64,000 nucleotides of DNA from Isurus oxyrinchus (lineage: Eukaryota): positions 12,338,001 through 12,402,000 of the forward strand of contig JANJGN010000017.1 of the NCBI GenBank assembly GCA_026770705.1, given 5' to 3'. Positions 11,629-23,749 of this stretch are shown one piece after another. A model generated the notes under the pieces. That model ran no database searches, had not been told where the DNA came from, and saw only the letters and a program-made list of their open reading frames with translations. The position numbers and the translations under genes were made by a program. The number at the start of each line of letters is the position of its first letter. Position 1 is the stretch's first letter.

Positions 11629-13975
11629 GGAACCAAGAAGAGGCAAAAACATACTTGGCCCCATCCTCATCAACCTGCCTGTCGCAGATGAATCTGTCCA
11701 TGACAGTATCGGTAGGAGTGACCACCGCTCAGTCCTTGTGGAGACGAAGTCCCAGCTTCACACTGAGAATACCCTCCTTCGTGTTGTGTGGCACTACCAC
11801 CATGCTAAATGGGATAGATTTCGAACAGATCTAGCAACTCATGATTGGGCATCATCAGGCACTGTTGACCATCAGCAGCAGCAGAATTGTACTCGAACAC
11901 AATCTGTAACCTCATGGCCTGGTATATCCACCACTCTACCATAACCATCAAGCCAGGGGATCAACCCTGGTTCAATGAAGAGTGCAGGAGGGCATGCCAG
12001 GAGCAGCACCAGGGATACCTAAAAATGAGGTGTCAACCTGGTAAATCTATAACACAGGACTATTTGCATGCCAAACAGCATAAGCAGCAAGCGATAGACG
12101 GAACTAAGTGATCCCACAACCAATGGATCAGATCTAAGCTCTGCAGACTTACCACATCTAGTTGTGAATGTTGGTGGATAATTAAACAACTCACTGGAGA
12201 AAGAGGCTCCACAAATATCCCCATCCTCAATGATGGAGAAGCCCAGCACATCAATGCAAAAGATAAGGCTGAAGCATTCGCAACAATCTTCAGCCAGAAG
12301 TGCCGAGTGGATGAGCCATCTCAGACTCCTCCAGAAGCCCCCAGCATCGCAGATGCCAGTCTTCAGCCAATTCGATTCATTCCATGTGATATCAAGAAAT
12401 GGCTGAAGGCACTGGATAGGGCGAAGGCCATGGGCCCTGACAATATTCTGGCAATAGTACTGAAGACTTGTGCTCCAGAACGTGCCAGGCCCCTAGCTAA
12501 GCTGTTCCAGTACAGCTACAACAGTGGCATCTACCTGGCTATGTGGAAAATTGCCCAGGTATGTCCTGTACACAAAAAGCAGGACAAATCCAACCCAGCC
12601 AATTACCACCCCATCGCTCTACTCTCGCTCATCAGTAAAGTTATGGAAGGGGTCATCAACAGTGCTATCAAGTGACTCAAGCTTAGCAATATCCCGCTCA
12701 CTGATGCCCAGTTTGGTTTCCGCCAGGGCCACTCAGCTCCTGACCTCATTACAGCCTGGGTTCTAACATGGGCAAAACAGCTGAACTCCAGAGGTGAGGT
12801 GAGTGTGACTGCCCTTGACATCAAGGCAGCATTTGACCGAGTGTGGCATCAAGGAGCTCTAGCAAAACTGAAGTCAATGGGAATCAGGGGGAAATCTCTC
12901 TGCTGGCTGGAGTCATACCTAGCACAAAGGAAAATGGTTGTGGTTGTTGGAGGTCAGACCTCTCAGCTCCAGGACATCATTACAGGACTTCCTCAGGGAC
13001 GTGTCCTCGGTCCAACCATCTTCAGCTGCTTCATCAATGACCTTCCTTCCATCATAAGGTCAGAAGTGGGGATGTTCACTGATATTTGCACAATGTTCAG
13101 CACCATTCACAACTCCTCAGATACTGAAGCTATCCATGTCCAAATGTAGCAAGACCTGGACAATATCCAGGCTTGGGCTGACAAGTGCCAAGTAACATTT
13201 GCGCCACACAGGTGCCAGGCAATGACCATCTCCAAAAAGAGAGAATACAACCATCGCCCCTTGATGTTCAATGGCATTACCATCACTGAATCCCCCACTA
13301 TCAACATCCTGGGGTTACCATTGACCAGAAACTGAACTGGACAAGCCATATAAATACTGTGGCTACAAGAGCAGGTCAGATGCTAGGAATCCTGTGACGA
13401 GTAACTTACTTCCTGACTCCCCAAAGCCTGTCCACCATCTACAAGGCACAAGTCAGGAGTGTGATGGAATATTCTCCACTTGCCTGGATGAGTGCAGCTC
13501 CAACAACACTCAAGAAGCTTGACACCATCCAGGACAAAGCAGCCCACTTGATTGGCATCACATTCACAAACATTCACTCCCTCCACCACCGATGCACAGT
13601 AGCAGCAGTGTGTACCATCTACAAGTTGCACTGCAGGAATTCACCAAGGCTCCTTCAACCTGCGACCACTACCATCTAGAAGGACAAGGACAGCAGATAG
13701 AAGGGCAGCAGATAGATGGGAACACCACCACCTGGAAGTTCCCCTCCAAGTCACTCACCATCCTGACTTGGAAATATTTCACCGTTCCTTCACTGTCGCT
13801 GGGTCAAAATCCTGGAACTCCCTCCCTTACAGCACTGTGGGTGAACCTTTACCACATAGACTGCAGCGGTTCAAGAAGGCAGCTCATCACCACCTTCTCA
13901 AGAACAACTAGAGATGGGCAATAAATGCTGGCCCAACCAGCGAAGTCCACATACCGTAAATGAATTAAAAAAAAC
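11629..13975 (+). mobile_element. 5'-truncated APE-RT LINE (CR1/Jockey group, possibly Zenon-like), sense orientation in a spondin intron; disrupted ORF
   Basis: Translated pieces VWHYHHAKWDRFRTDL, MGPDNI..VLKTCAPE, WKIAQVCPVHKKQDKSNPANY, QFGFR, ALDIKAAFDRVWH, PQG.VLGP..F..FINDL, IYKAQVRSVMEYS; 3' tail GGGCAATAAATGCTGGCC...A-run. Confidence 0.92.
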
Positions 13976-14577
13976 ATTCGCCTGAGTGCATCTTATATCA
14001 GTCTAGAGGTTAGCTTCTACTACCCTGCCAAATTCTGATTCGACCAATCTCATCAACTTTAACCATGTAGCCATTCTTCGTGCACAAGTTTTGCCAGGAG
14101 TGAAATCAAGCTACTAAACCGCTGGGGGGGTGCAGCCAATTCTGAATTTGTCCTCAGCCGATATCTGTAAAATTACGCTTTCAGCAGGAGTCACTTAATA
14201 ATAATGGAGAGTAGGAACCACAGGGGTCTGAAACCAATTATTAGCACACCCAAGCCTGGGTTGGCTCACTCATCAGGGATTGAAATTGAAACAGGAAGAC
14301 TCTGGTTTTCAGGGTTGGCTTCTACACTGGGCAACGTATTAACCTATTGAGCTTTCAGGGGAAGCAAAGTAGAGTTTTTAACAAACATTTATCTTTTACT
14401 ATAGTGACTGCTGATCTAGAGTCTTGTTGACTTTAGGCCCTGGGAACTGAATAGTCAGATTTTAGCTTGATAAGCAAGGACAATCAAAGCTAAAAATATT
14501 AAAAATGTAAAGAAAAACTGTAACTCTGAAATAAGTTTGTAGAAATGCACAGCGAATCCACCAGCACCTGAAAAGGG

Positions 14578-14975
14578 CACAGAATCACAGAATTGTTACA
14601 GCTCAGAAGAAGGCCATTCAGCCCATCATGTCAGCACCAGCTCTCTGAATGGGCGACTGACCTGGTACCATTCCCCTGCCTTCTCCCCATAACCCTGTAC
14701 ATTCTTCCTTTTTAGCTAACAGTCTAATACAAGGGCAGATGAGGAAAATATTGTTATGTAACAAGTAGTTAGGATTTAGAGAGCAATGACTGATAGGCCG
14801 GTGGAAACATCGTTAATAGAAGCCTACAAACGGGAATTGGATAAATACTTGAAGGAGAAAAAGTTGCAGGGATATGGGGGAAGGAATGGGTCTAATTGGA
14901 TTACTCTTAGTAAAATCTGGCATAGACTGGATGGGCTGACTGGCCTCCTTCTGCACTGTGTTCTGATTCTGTGAA
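14578..14975. mobile_element. Two CR1 3' tails in opposite orientation (- 14578-14725; + 14730-14975)
   Basis: ACAGAATCACAGAATT..GGCCATTCAGCCCATC and GGGAATTGGATAAATACTTGAAGG..GATGGGCTGACTGGCCTCCTTCTG. Confidence 0.7.
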
Positions 14976-15294
14976 ACATATTCTGTAAAATTCAGTTCTT
15001 AATGCATCTGAACTTGTGCAAGTCATGTCAACAATGGTCTGGGATAATTTTTGCTGACAGTTATAAGTCCATCTGAAATTGTGACACGGTGCAGATTCAG
15101 ATAGATCTAGGGAGAAGTAATTTTGACTATGACAAATATCCAATCAGCCACTGTACATCTCATTGAAAGCAGTGCCTGAAAGTGACTTTTTCCCTCATTA
15201 TATCTGTAAAGGCCAGTTCCAAACTAGAAGGTACTTTCACCATGGATACCAGCAACAGATTACCAGAATTTTGGAGCTGCTTATAGCTTTAAGG

Positions 15295-15617
15295 TTTCTT
15301 ATTCTTTCATGGGATGAGAGCGGCTCTGGCAAGGTCAGCATTTGTTGCTGCCCATCTTAATTGCCTCCATGAACTGAGTGCTATTGCATAAAGCAGTTAA
15401 GAATAAGCCACATCACCAAAGGCTAGCAGATTTCCTTCCCTAAAGGGCATAAATGAACCAGTGACATGGTCACCATTACTGAAAGCAGCTTAATATTCCG
15501 GATTTATTAATTGAATTTAAATTCCATCAGCTGCCATGATGAGATCTGAATCCAAGCATTAGCCTGGGCTACTGGATTACTAGCCCAGTGACATGACCAT
15601 TACACCACGATCTTCCC
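15295..15617 (-). mobile_element. tRNA-derived SINE (MetaSINE/SlmI-like) with the APE-RT LINE tail
   Basis: Reverse complement reads GTGGTGTAATGG..CTAGTAATCCAG..GATGGAATTTAAATTCAAT..CTGGTTCATTTATGCCCTTTAGGGAAGGAAATCTGC..GATGGGCAGCAACAAATGCTG; same structure as 55313-55640. Family name is from recall only. Confidence 0.7.
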
Positions 15618-15678
15618 TGAGGTTATTCCAGCTCAGGTGGCAACTGATTCTATTTATATTTCTCCCTCTCACCTGCAG

Positions 15679-15812
15679 ATGAAAGCCAGGGGATCCCAGA
15701 GGCTGGAGTTCAAGCCATTGAGAGTCTGCTGGCACTTCAAAATGCTTCTGCTTCTACTGATCAGTCCTTCACTAACCTAACCTCAACTACCGCATTAGAA
15801 GGGGATGCATAG
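15679..15812 (+). CDS. spon2: Spondin-2-like gene, probable terminal coding exon (NESQGIPEAGVQ...TTALEGDA*)
   Basis: Strong acceptor TTTCTCCCTCTCACCTGCAG; phase 1 gives an open 44-codon frame with the same S/T/E-rich, sequon-containing composition as the preceding tail; TAG 15810-15812; AATAAA about 70 nt downstream. Confidence 0.68.
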
Positions 15813-15879
15813 GAAGCATCCCAATCTGCTAATGTCACCGGACCCCATACTGGTTCTGATTAGCTATATGGTGAAAAAG

Positions 15880-15885
15880 AATAAA
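15880..15885 (+). terminator. Polyadenylation signal of the spondin-2-like gene
   Basis: AATAAA followed by a GT-rich tract (TTTGTGTGTGTG, 15901-15912). Confidence 0.6.
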
Positions 15886-16029
15886 ATTGTTTATAAAGCA
15901 TTTGTGTGTGTGAGGTTGGTTAACTGAGAAATGTAGGGCATTTGTAAAGGATAATATCAGAGACCCGGGCATTGGACACATCATAGAGATAACTTATGAG
16001 TTTGTACTCTCATGGTGTGGCTTTTCTCA

Positions 16030-16375
16030 ACAAAAGTCAGCTGAGTACTACACCCAATTCTAGACACTGATGTAGGTCAGGCAAGAGCTATGAAGTTGTA
16101 CCCTCATCTCGGAGGTTTCAGTTATAAGGAGGAATCTCTGCCCTTTGGCCTTGAAAGGATGCACCTGAGCGGCAAATGGAGGTATACAAATGGTTATCAA
16201 GTGGAAAAGATAAATCCAGAACAATGCTTTAAACTAAATTGCCAGCATAGGACAATGGGTCACAGGGCAAAGTGCTAAATGTAGGACTGAGAACAGCAGC
16301 TCCTTCACACAAAGGCAAAAAAAAAACACAATCATTTAACAGCTGAGCCTTCAAGTGATTCTGGATGAATGGGCC
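16030..16375 (+). mobile_element. Old, highly degenerate CR1/L2-type 3' fragment
   Basis: Residual SYKE.L....LER..L.G-like translation in ORF 16090-16278. Confidence 0.4.
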
Positions 16376-17099
16376 ATTCCTCATTTGTAATTCACTTACA
16401 ATGTTGGGAAATTTGGGCATGGGGACAGTGTGCCTGGTTGAAACTAGAGTTAGTAGTCTACTGGTTCCACTGATAATTATTACAATTTGGTAGCAAAAGC
16501 AGCCTACTTAAAGTTTAAAAAAAATATGGATTACCTAAATAATGGGAAGACTATCACGCCAGCATCAGTTTTGTCATTACAGCAAAGGTTGTACTGGAAC
16601 GAGAGCACTGATAAGATGCTTACTGAAAGAAATGGAAAATACCGCATGTCAGAATTAAGCATGGTCCGCCTGACCCTTTGTCCTCCAGCAATCGATCGGC
16701 TGCTCCAGGCAAAGAGCCTCTCCTACAAGTTCAGTTTCAGGATACCAAACACCTGAAATTCATGATGAATTGAAGAACACTTCGGTAATGATCGGCCTCC
16801 AAGCCCTGGGTTGCCGTGCCCATCGACTGGGGAGAAAGTGGAACTTTCTCCGGCCTGAATGGGGGGGGGGGGGACCTCACGCCAGAGGAAAAGGATGGGG
16901 TGAACTCCAGGCGCACTCAACTGTTCATTTGAATCATATTGAGCAAAGGCATTGGGCTGGGGGATGCTGCAGAGGCAGGAATGTGCGAGAACCATTGGGT
17001 GGGGTGAGGCCATTGTACAGAGGTTGGGTGAGTTGAAGGCAGGGCAGGCAGTTCGAGAATGGGAATGAAAGGGAGGTTGAAGCCATTTACACACCACAG

Positions 17100-17560
17100 T
17101 GAGGATTTTACACCCGCAAAAACTAGACGAGCGCAGTACAACTGTGCTCTAATGAATCCTCTGCCTCGACTTGGTTGTCAAGTGTGCATCAATGTTACTG
17201 TGAGGTTGCATGGCTTCGTTCTGGTGCCCTCTATACTCGAGCGCTGTGTAAAAACAGTTAAGCTATTAAAAACCGTAGCAACTGCTATTCCGAATAAAAC
17301 CTTCTTTGTTCCAATGCAGTGTGAAGAAACTCGAACTCCCCCTGTGCTCCGGGAGCAGGCTGGCGAACGGAGTTAATTTGTCTCCAATATTCCAACGTGC
17401 AACTGCTCCCAATCATGTTACAGATCCCAGAGTGCCGGACCCCGAGTGCAGCCAACCAGCCGGGAGCTTAGCAGCGTTGTGATACTGGAGCCGAGCTGCT
17501 CTTCGGTGAACCGTGTCACCGAATTGATATTAATCATTAAGATGCAGCACATACCATGAA
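17100..17560. promoter_or_regulatory. CpG-enriched non-repetitive island (candidate promoter or enhancer)
   Basis: About 20 CpGs counted by eye in ~460 bp against a CpG-depleted background; no recognisable repeat. Confidence 0.4.
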
Positions 17561-18404
17561 AATCAACTGGTAATGTCCACAGGAGGGATTGACTGATCTC
17601 ATGGACTATCCGTTCACCTGTGGGGCCTCCGGGGGGTGGTGGGGGTGGGTGGGTGGGTGGGTGGGGGGAGCTTATGGGGCAATTAATTCACTCTCAAGCA
17701 GAACGGTTCCAGTTAGGGCAGCTTGGGCCCAGTTTCTGGTGAGGGACAGAGAGAGGCCCTTCTGTCATCCTTCGTTCAATCTTTTCCTGATTTGTGTCTG
17801 TCCCATGATCGGTTAATTGTTCAGGCAAAACAAGTGGTTAACTGCCCTGTTCGGTGTAGCTCAGTCGATAGGACCCTGGCCTCTGGCCAGAAGATTGAAG
17901 GACTTGAACTACATGCATGTGGCTGACACAATAGGGGCTTAATTAAGCCCCGGTTTTAACCGGGAGGGGAGGGTTCAGATTGACTCCCTACCTGCATTGA
18001 CGCTCCATTGGCTTCAGTTTGTACGAAATGTTCAACGCAGCTCATGTTGACATTGAAAGAGAGTAAGTGCGGTGGGAACATCTGGAGTTCTGACTGTACT
18101 TTTAAATGCAAGAGGCTTCATTCTTCACGGGTTAGCAGTTATCCCTCAGCCGTGGAGTAGATGACGTTATTTTTTCTGTGATCGTCTCAAGCAGCCCCCA
18201 CTCATAATTCCAACCACATGAACGGTCACAGACAAAGAGTTGAGCGAATTCACTCTCACACGCACAGGGCGAGGGAAGGAGAGGGCTTGCAGTTGTTTGG
18301 AAGATGCAGAATTCCACTACTTCTGGCCCACGTCGTTTCTGAGCAAAGTCCTTACAGGTTAGCAAGCAGAAACCTCACAGACACACAAAATGGCCACCAC
18401 CAGA

Positions 18405-18830
18405 CCCAAAGAAAGAACTTGCATTTATATAGCGTCTTTCACAAAATGCAGGACCCCCCAAAGCGCTCAACAGTTACTGAAGTACTATTACAGTGTAGGA
18501 GGGAAGTACTGTTGCAGTGCAGCAGTTCATTTGCACTCAGCAACCACATCATCTGCTTTTTGCTGCTGTTGATTGAGGGATAAATATTGGTCCAGGACAC
18601 CAGGTAAGACTTACCTGCTCTTCTTGAGAAAGGTTTCCACCCGGAGGAGTAGATCAAGGCCTTGGTTTAACACTCCAACTGGGGGGAATAAAAACACCTC
18701 TGACAGTGCAGCATTCCCTCAGTACTGCAATGGAGTGTCAGCCTAGATTTAATCTTCAGGTTCCTGGGGTGGGGCATGAATCCACAACCTTCTGAGGCAG
18801 AGACCAGAGTGTTTGCCACTGAACCATGAC
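18405..18830 (-). mobile_element. DeuSINE, near full length
   Basis: AAAGAAAGAACTTGCATTTATATAGCG tail; GAGGGATAAATATTGGTCCAGGACACC; CAGCATTCCCTCAGTACTGCAATGGAGTGTCAGCCTAGATT. Confidence 0.8.
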
Positions 18831-19387
18831 CAACTGCATGACATTATCATAACATAACCAGGTTCCAAGCACTTGCTTCCTCACTTATATACACAGTCCT
18901 GCCATTGAAGTTACATCTACCCATTACTAGCCCAGGAAATGCAGGATGAAATATCCTGCTGTGCTGTATGATGGATATTGTGCAAAGAGGGTTATGACTG
19001 TATAGTGTTTGACAGGTTATTAAGTACTCAACAGGTGAGGTTTGTCCATTTAGTTAACTAGTGTTGAGCGATTTTAATTAGGACTATTGTTCACCTTTCA
19101 AACTGACCCTGCAGTGAGGCGAGAATGGAATAATTACACCTTTCAAATGGAAAATGCGCCCCAATCAATATTAGTCAGATAAATGAACACCATGGCATCC
19201 AGCACTGAATAGAGAATTGTGCGTTTTCACGGGCAATAGCCCTCAAATAGTGAGAAGCTTGCAGCAGCTTGTGATTGAAATGCCTGAAATCAAATCTGTC
19301 TGTAAAATGTTGGATCGTGATTTGTTTGTCTTACAGCCCAGCGTTTAATGAGTTGCTTGTAATATGATGAGTAATAGATTCACTATT

Positions 19388-20855
19388 CACAAATGCCCTT
19401 CAAGGAAAAACATTTTCTGCCTACACTTGGTCTGGCTTCCATGTGACTCCAGACCCCCAGCAATGCAGTTTACTCTTAACGGCCCTCTGAAATGACCTAG
19501 CAAGCCACTCAATTGTATTGACCCGCTGCGAAGACAAGAACAATAAACTCTGACTGACCACCTGGCTTGACCTCTGCACTGGGAACAACAAAGCCACATT
19601 CAGTCCAGTCAACCCTGCAACACACATCTCACTAACATCTAGGGACTTGTGCCAAAATTGGGAGAGCTGCACCTCACATTAGTCAAGCAACAGCCTGGTA
19701 TAGTCATAATGATAGAATCATACTTTTCAGTCAATGTCCCAGACTCCTCCATCACCATCCCTGGCTATGTCTTGTTCTACTGGCAGGACAGACCCATCAG
19801 AGGTGGTAGCACAGTCCAGAGGGTGTGGCCCTGGGTGTCTTCGGCATTGACTTTGGACTCCATGAAGTCTCATGGCATCAGGTCAAACAATTCTTCTGAT
19901 TACCATCTACCATCTTCCCGTAGCTGATGAACTAGTACTCCTTTATGTTGAACACCACTTGGAAGAAGCACTGAAGTGCCTAGAATCTCCTCTAGATAAA
20001 GGACTTCAATGGTCATCAACAACAGTGGCTTGGTAGCACCACTGTTGACTAAGCTGGCCGATTCCTGAAGGACGTGATCACTAGACTGGGCCTGCAGCAG
20101 GAGGTGAGGGTACCAACAAGAAGGAAAAAGCTATTTGACATTGTCCTCACCAATCTACCTGTCACAGATGTACCTGTCCATGACAGTGTTTGTAGGAGTG
20201 ACCACCGCACAGTCCTTGTGGAGATAAAGTCCTGGCTTCACAATGAAGACACCCTCCATCATATTGTGGACACTAGCATTATATTGAAAGATTCAGAACA
20301 AATCTAGAAGCTCTAAATTGGGCATCCATGAGGCACTGTGGGCCATCAGCAACGACAGAATTGTATTCTACCACAATCTATAACTTCATAGCCAGACAAA
20401 TCTTTCATTCTAACATTAGCATCAGGCCAGGGACCAACCCTGGTTCAATGAAGAGCTCAGAGGACAATGTCAGGAGCAGCACTACAGTACCTGAAAATGA
20501 GGTGTCTACCTGGTGAATCTGTAACATGGGATTACACACATGTTACTCAGCAGAAGCGGAATGTAACAGGCAGCCAATTGATTAGGTAAAAGCTCAGCAG
20601 CCCTATGACATCCATTTGTGGCGTGGACAATTAAACAACTAACAGGAGGAGGAGGCTCCATGAACATCCCATCTTCAATGATAGTGTGTGAGGCATGTGA
20701 GTTTGCAGCCATCTTCAGCCAGAAGCTCCGACTGGTGGTCCATCTCAGCTTCCCACTGAGGTTCCCACCATCACAGAAGACAGTCTTCATCTAATTTGAT
20801 TCATTCCACCTGGTATAAAATGCCTGAGTGCACTTTGATATAGCAAAGGCTACGG
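19388..20855 (+). mobile_element. 5' portion of the SINE-headed APE-RT LINE (SINE body, endonuclease, linker); 3'-truncated
   Basis: Begins with SINE-body ATGTGACTCCAGACCCCCAGCAATG..CCCTCTGAAATGACCTAGCAAGCCACTC, then PKLGEL..VKQQPGIVIMIESY (APE). Confidence 0.85.
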
Positions 20856-20857
20856 TG

Positions 20858-23745
20858 TTTTTTAATTCATTCACAGGATGTGGCTGTCGCTGGCTAGGCC
20901 AGGAATTATCGCCCATCCCTAGTTGCCCTTGAGAAGGTAATCGTGAGCTGCCCTCTTGAACCGCTGCAGTCCATGTGGTGTAGGTACAGTGCTGTTAGGG
21001 AGGGAGGGAGTTCCAGGATTTTGACCCAGTGACAGTGAAGGAACGGCGATATATTTCCAAGACAGGGTGATGAGCGGCTTGGAGGGGAACTTCCAGGTGG
21101 TGGTGTTCCCATTTATCTGCTGCCTTTGTTCTTTTAGATGGTAGCAGTCCTGGATTTGGAAAGTGCTGTCTATTGGGCCTTGGTGAGTTCCTGCAGTGAT
21201 ACAAACTGCTGCCACTGTGCGTCAGTGGTGGAGGGAGTGAATGTTTGTGGATGGGGGGGCCAATCAAGTGGCTGCTCTGTCCTGGATGGTGTTGAGCTTC
21301 TTAAGTGTAGCAGCTGCACTCATCCAGGCAAGTGGAGAGTATTCCATCGCACTCTTCACTTGTGCCTTGTAGATGGTGGACAGGCTTTGGGGAGTCAGGA
21401 AACGAGTTATTCGCTGCAGGATTCCTAGGCTCTGACCTGCTCTCGTAGCCACAATATTTATATGGCTTGTCTAGCTCAGTTTCTGGTCAATGGTAACCCC
21501 AGGAAGTTGATAGTGGGGGATTTGGCAATGGTAATGCCATTGAATGTCAAGGGGCAACAATTAGAATCTCTCTTTTTGGAGATAGTCATTGCCTGGCACT
21601 TGAGTGGCACGAATGTTACTTGCCACTTGTCAGCCCAATCCTGGATATTGTCCAGGTTTTGATGCACTGGGACATGGACTGCTTCAGTATCTGAGCAGAC
21701 ATGAATGTCGCTGAACATATGAATAAGGGGGAGGAGTGGGTTATTCGGCCCCTTGACCTTACTCTGCCATTTAATAAGATAATGGCTGATCTGATAGTAA
21801 CCTCAAATCTGCATCCCGCCTACCCCAGATAACCTATCACCCCCCTTGATTACCAAGATTCTATTCACCCCTGCCTTAAAAATATTCAAAGACTCTGCTT
21901 CCACTGACTTTTCAGGAAGAGAGTCCCAAAGACTCATGACCTTCTGCATGAAGAAATTTCACCTTATCTCCATGTTAAACAGGCGACCCCTTATTTTTAA
22001 ACAGTGAACCCTAGTTCTAGATTCTAGAACATTGTGCAATCATCAGTGAACATCTTCACTTCTGACATTATGGAAGGTCATTGATGAATCAGCTGAAGAT
22101 GGTTGGGCCTGGGACACCACCCTGAGGAACTCCTGCAGTGTCCTGGAACTGAGATAATTGATCTCCAATGACCACAACCATCTTCCTTTGTGCTAGGTAT
22201 GACTCTGACTAGCGGAGAGTTTTCCCCCAGACTCCAGTTTTCCTCGGGCTCCTTGATGCCACATTCGGTCAAATGCTGCCTTGATGCCAAGGGCAGTCAC
22301 TTTCACCTCACCTCTTGAGTTCAGTTCTTTTGTCCATGTTTGAACCAAGGCTGTAATGAGGTCAGGAGCTGAGGAGCCCTGGTGGAACCCAAACTGGGTG
22401 TCAGTGAGCAGGTTATTGCTGATAAGTGCCGCTTGATGGCACTGCCGATGACACCTTCCATCACTTTGCTGATGATCGAGACTAGAATGATGGGGTGGTA
22501 ATTAGCTGGATTGGATTTGTCCTGCTTTTCATGTATAGGACATACCTGGCAATTTTCCACATCGTCAAATAGATGCTAGTGTTGCGGCTGTACTGGAACA
22601 TATTGGCTAGGGGTGCAAATTTTCAGTACTGTTGCTGGAATGTTGTCAGGGTTCATAGCCTTTGCAATATCCAGTGGCTTTAGCCGTTACTTGGTATCAC
22701 ATGGAGTGAATCGAATTGGCATTCACGGCTGGATGTACCAGGACTGCAGAGCTTAGACCTGATTCATTGTTTGTGGGATCGCTTAGCTCTATCTATCACT
22801 TGCTGCTTACGCTGTTTGGCATGCAACTAGTCCTGTGTTCACCAGGGTGACACCTCATTTTTAGGTATGCCTGCTGCTACTCCTGGCATGCCCTCCTGCA
22901 CTCTTCATTGAAGCAGGGTTGATCCCCCAGCTTGATGGTAATGGTGGAGTGGGGCATATGCCTGGCCGTGAGGTTACAGATGATGATTGTATATAATTCT
23001 GCTGCTAGTGCCACACAACACAATGGCGGGTACCCTCAATTTGTAAACGAGGCTTTGTATGGACAAGGACTGTGCGGTGGTCATTCCTACTGATACTGTC
23101 ATGGACAGATGCATCTGCAACAGGTAGATTGGTGACAACGAGGTCAAGTAGGTTTCCCCCTCTTATTGGCTCCCTCACCATCTGCTACCGACCCACTCTG
23201 GCAGCTATATACTTTAGGACTCGGCCAGCTTGGTCAGTAGTGATGCTACCAAGGCACTCTTGGTGATGGACATTGAAGTCCCCCACCCAGAGTACAACCT
23301 GTGCCCTTGCCACCCTCAGTGCTTCCTCCAAGTGGCGTTTAACTTGGAGGAGCACTGATTCATCAGCTGAGGTGTGGCAGTAGGTTTCCTTGCCTGTGTT
23401 TGGCCTGATGCCATGAGGCAATGTTGAGGACTTCTAGGACTATTCTCTCATGACTGTATATCATTATGCCTTTACCTCTGGTGTCTCACCAGCAGGACAT
23501 ACCCAGGGATGGTGATGGTGGAACTTGAGACATTGCCTGTCAGGTATGATTTCATGAGTATGCCTATGTCAGGCTGTTGCTTGACTAGCCTGTGAGACAA
23601 CTCTCCCAATTTTGGCACAAACCCACAGAGGTCTGTGGGACTGTAAGGAGGACTTTACAGGGTCGACAGGGCTGGGTGTGGCCTAGGTCAATGCAAGATG
23701 CTCTGTCCAGCTTCATTTCTTTTATTAGACTTTGTCACTGTTTGA
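20858..23745 (-). mobile_element. APE-RT LINE of the same family, near full length with deletions; interrupted by a CR1 insert
   Basis: Tail ATTCATTCACAGGATGTGG at 20865; RT pieces QVCPIHEKQDKSNPANY and STIYKAQVKSAMEYS; EN piece VLWVGDFNVHHQE. Confidence 0.9.
21719..22026 (-). mobile_element. CR1 3' tail inserted into the LINE
   Basis: Flanked by duplicated GAACAT (21713-21718 and 22027-22032); host LINE sequence is continuous across the insert. Confidence 0.8.
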
Positions 23746-23749
23746 TACA

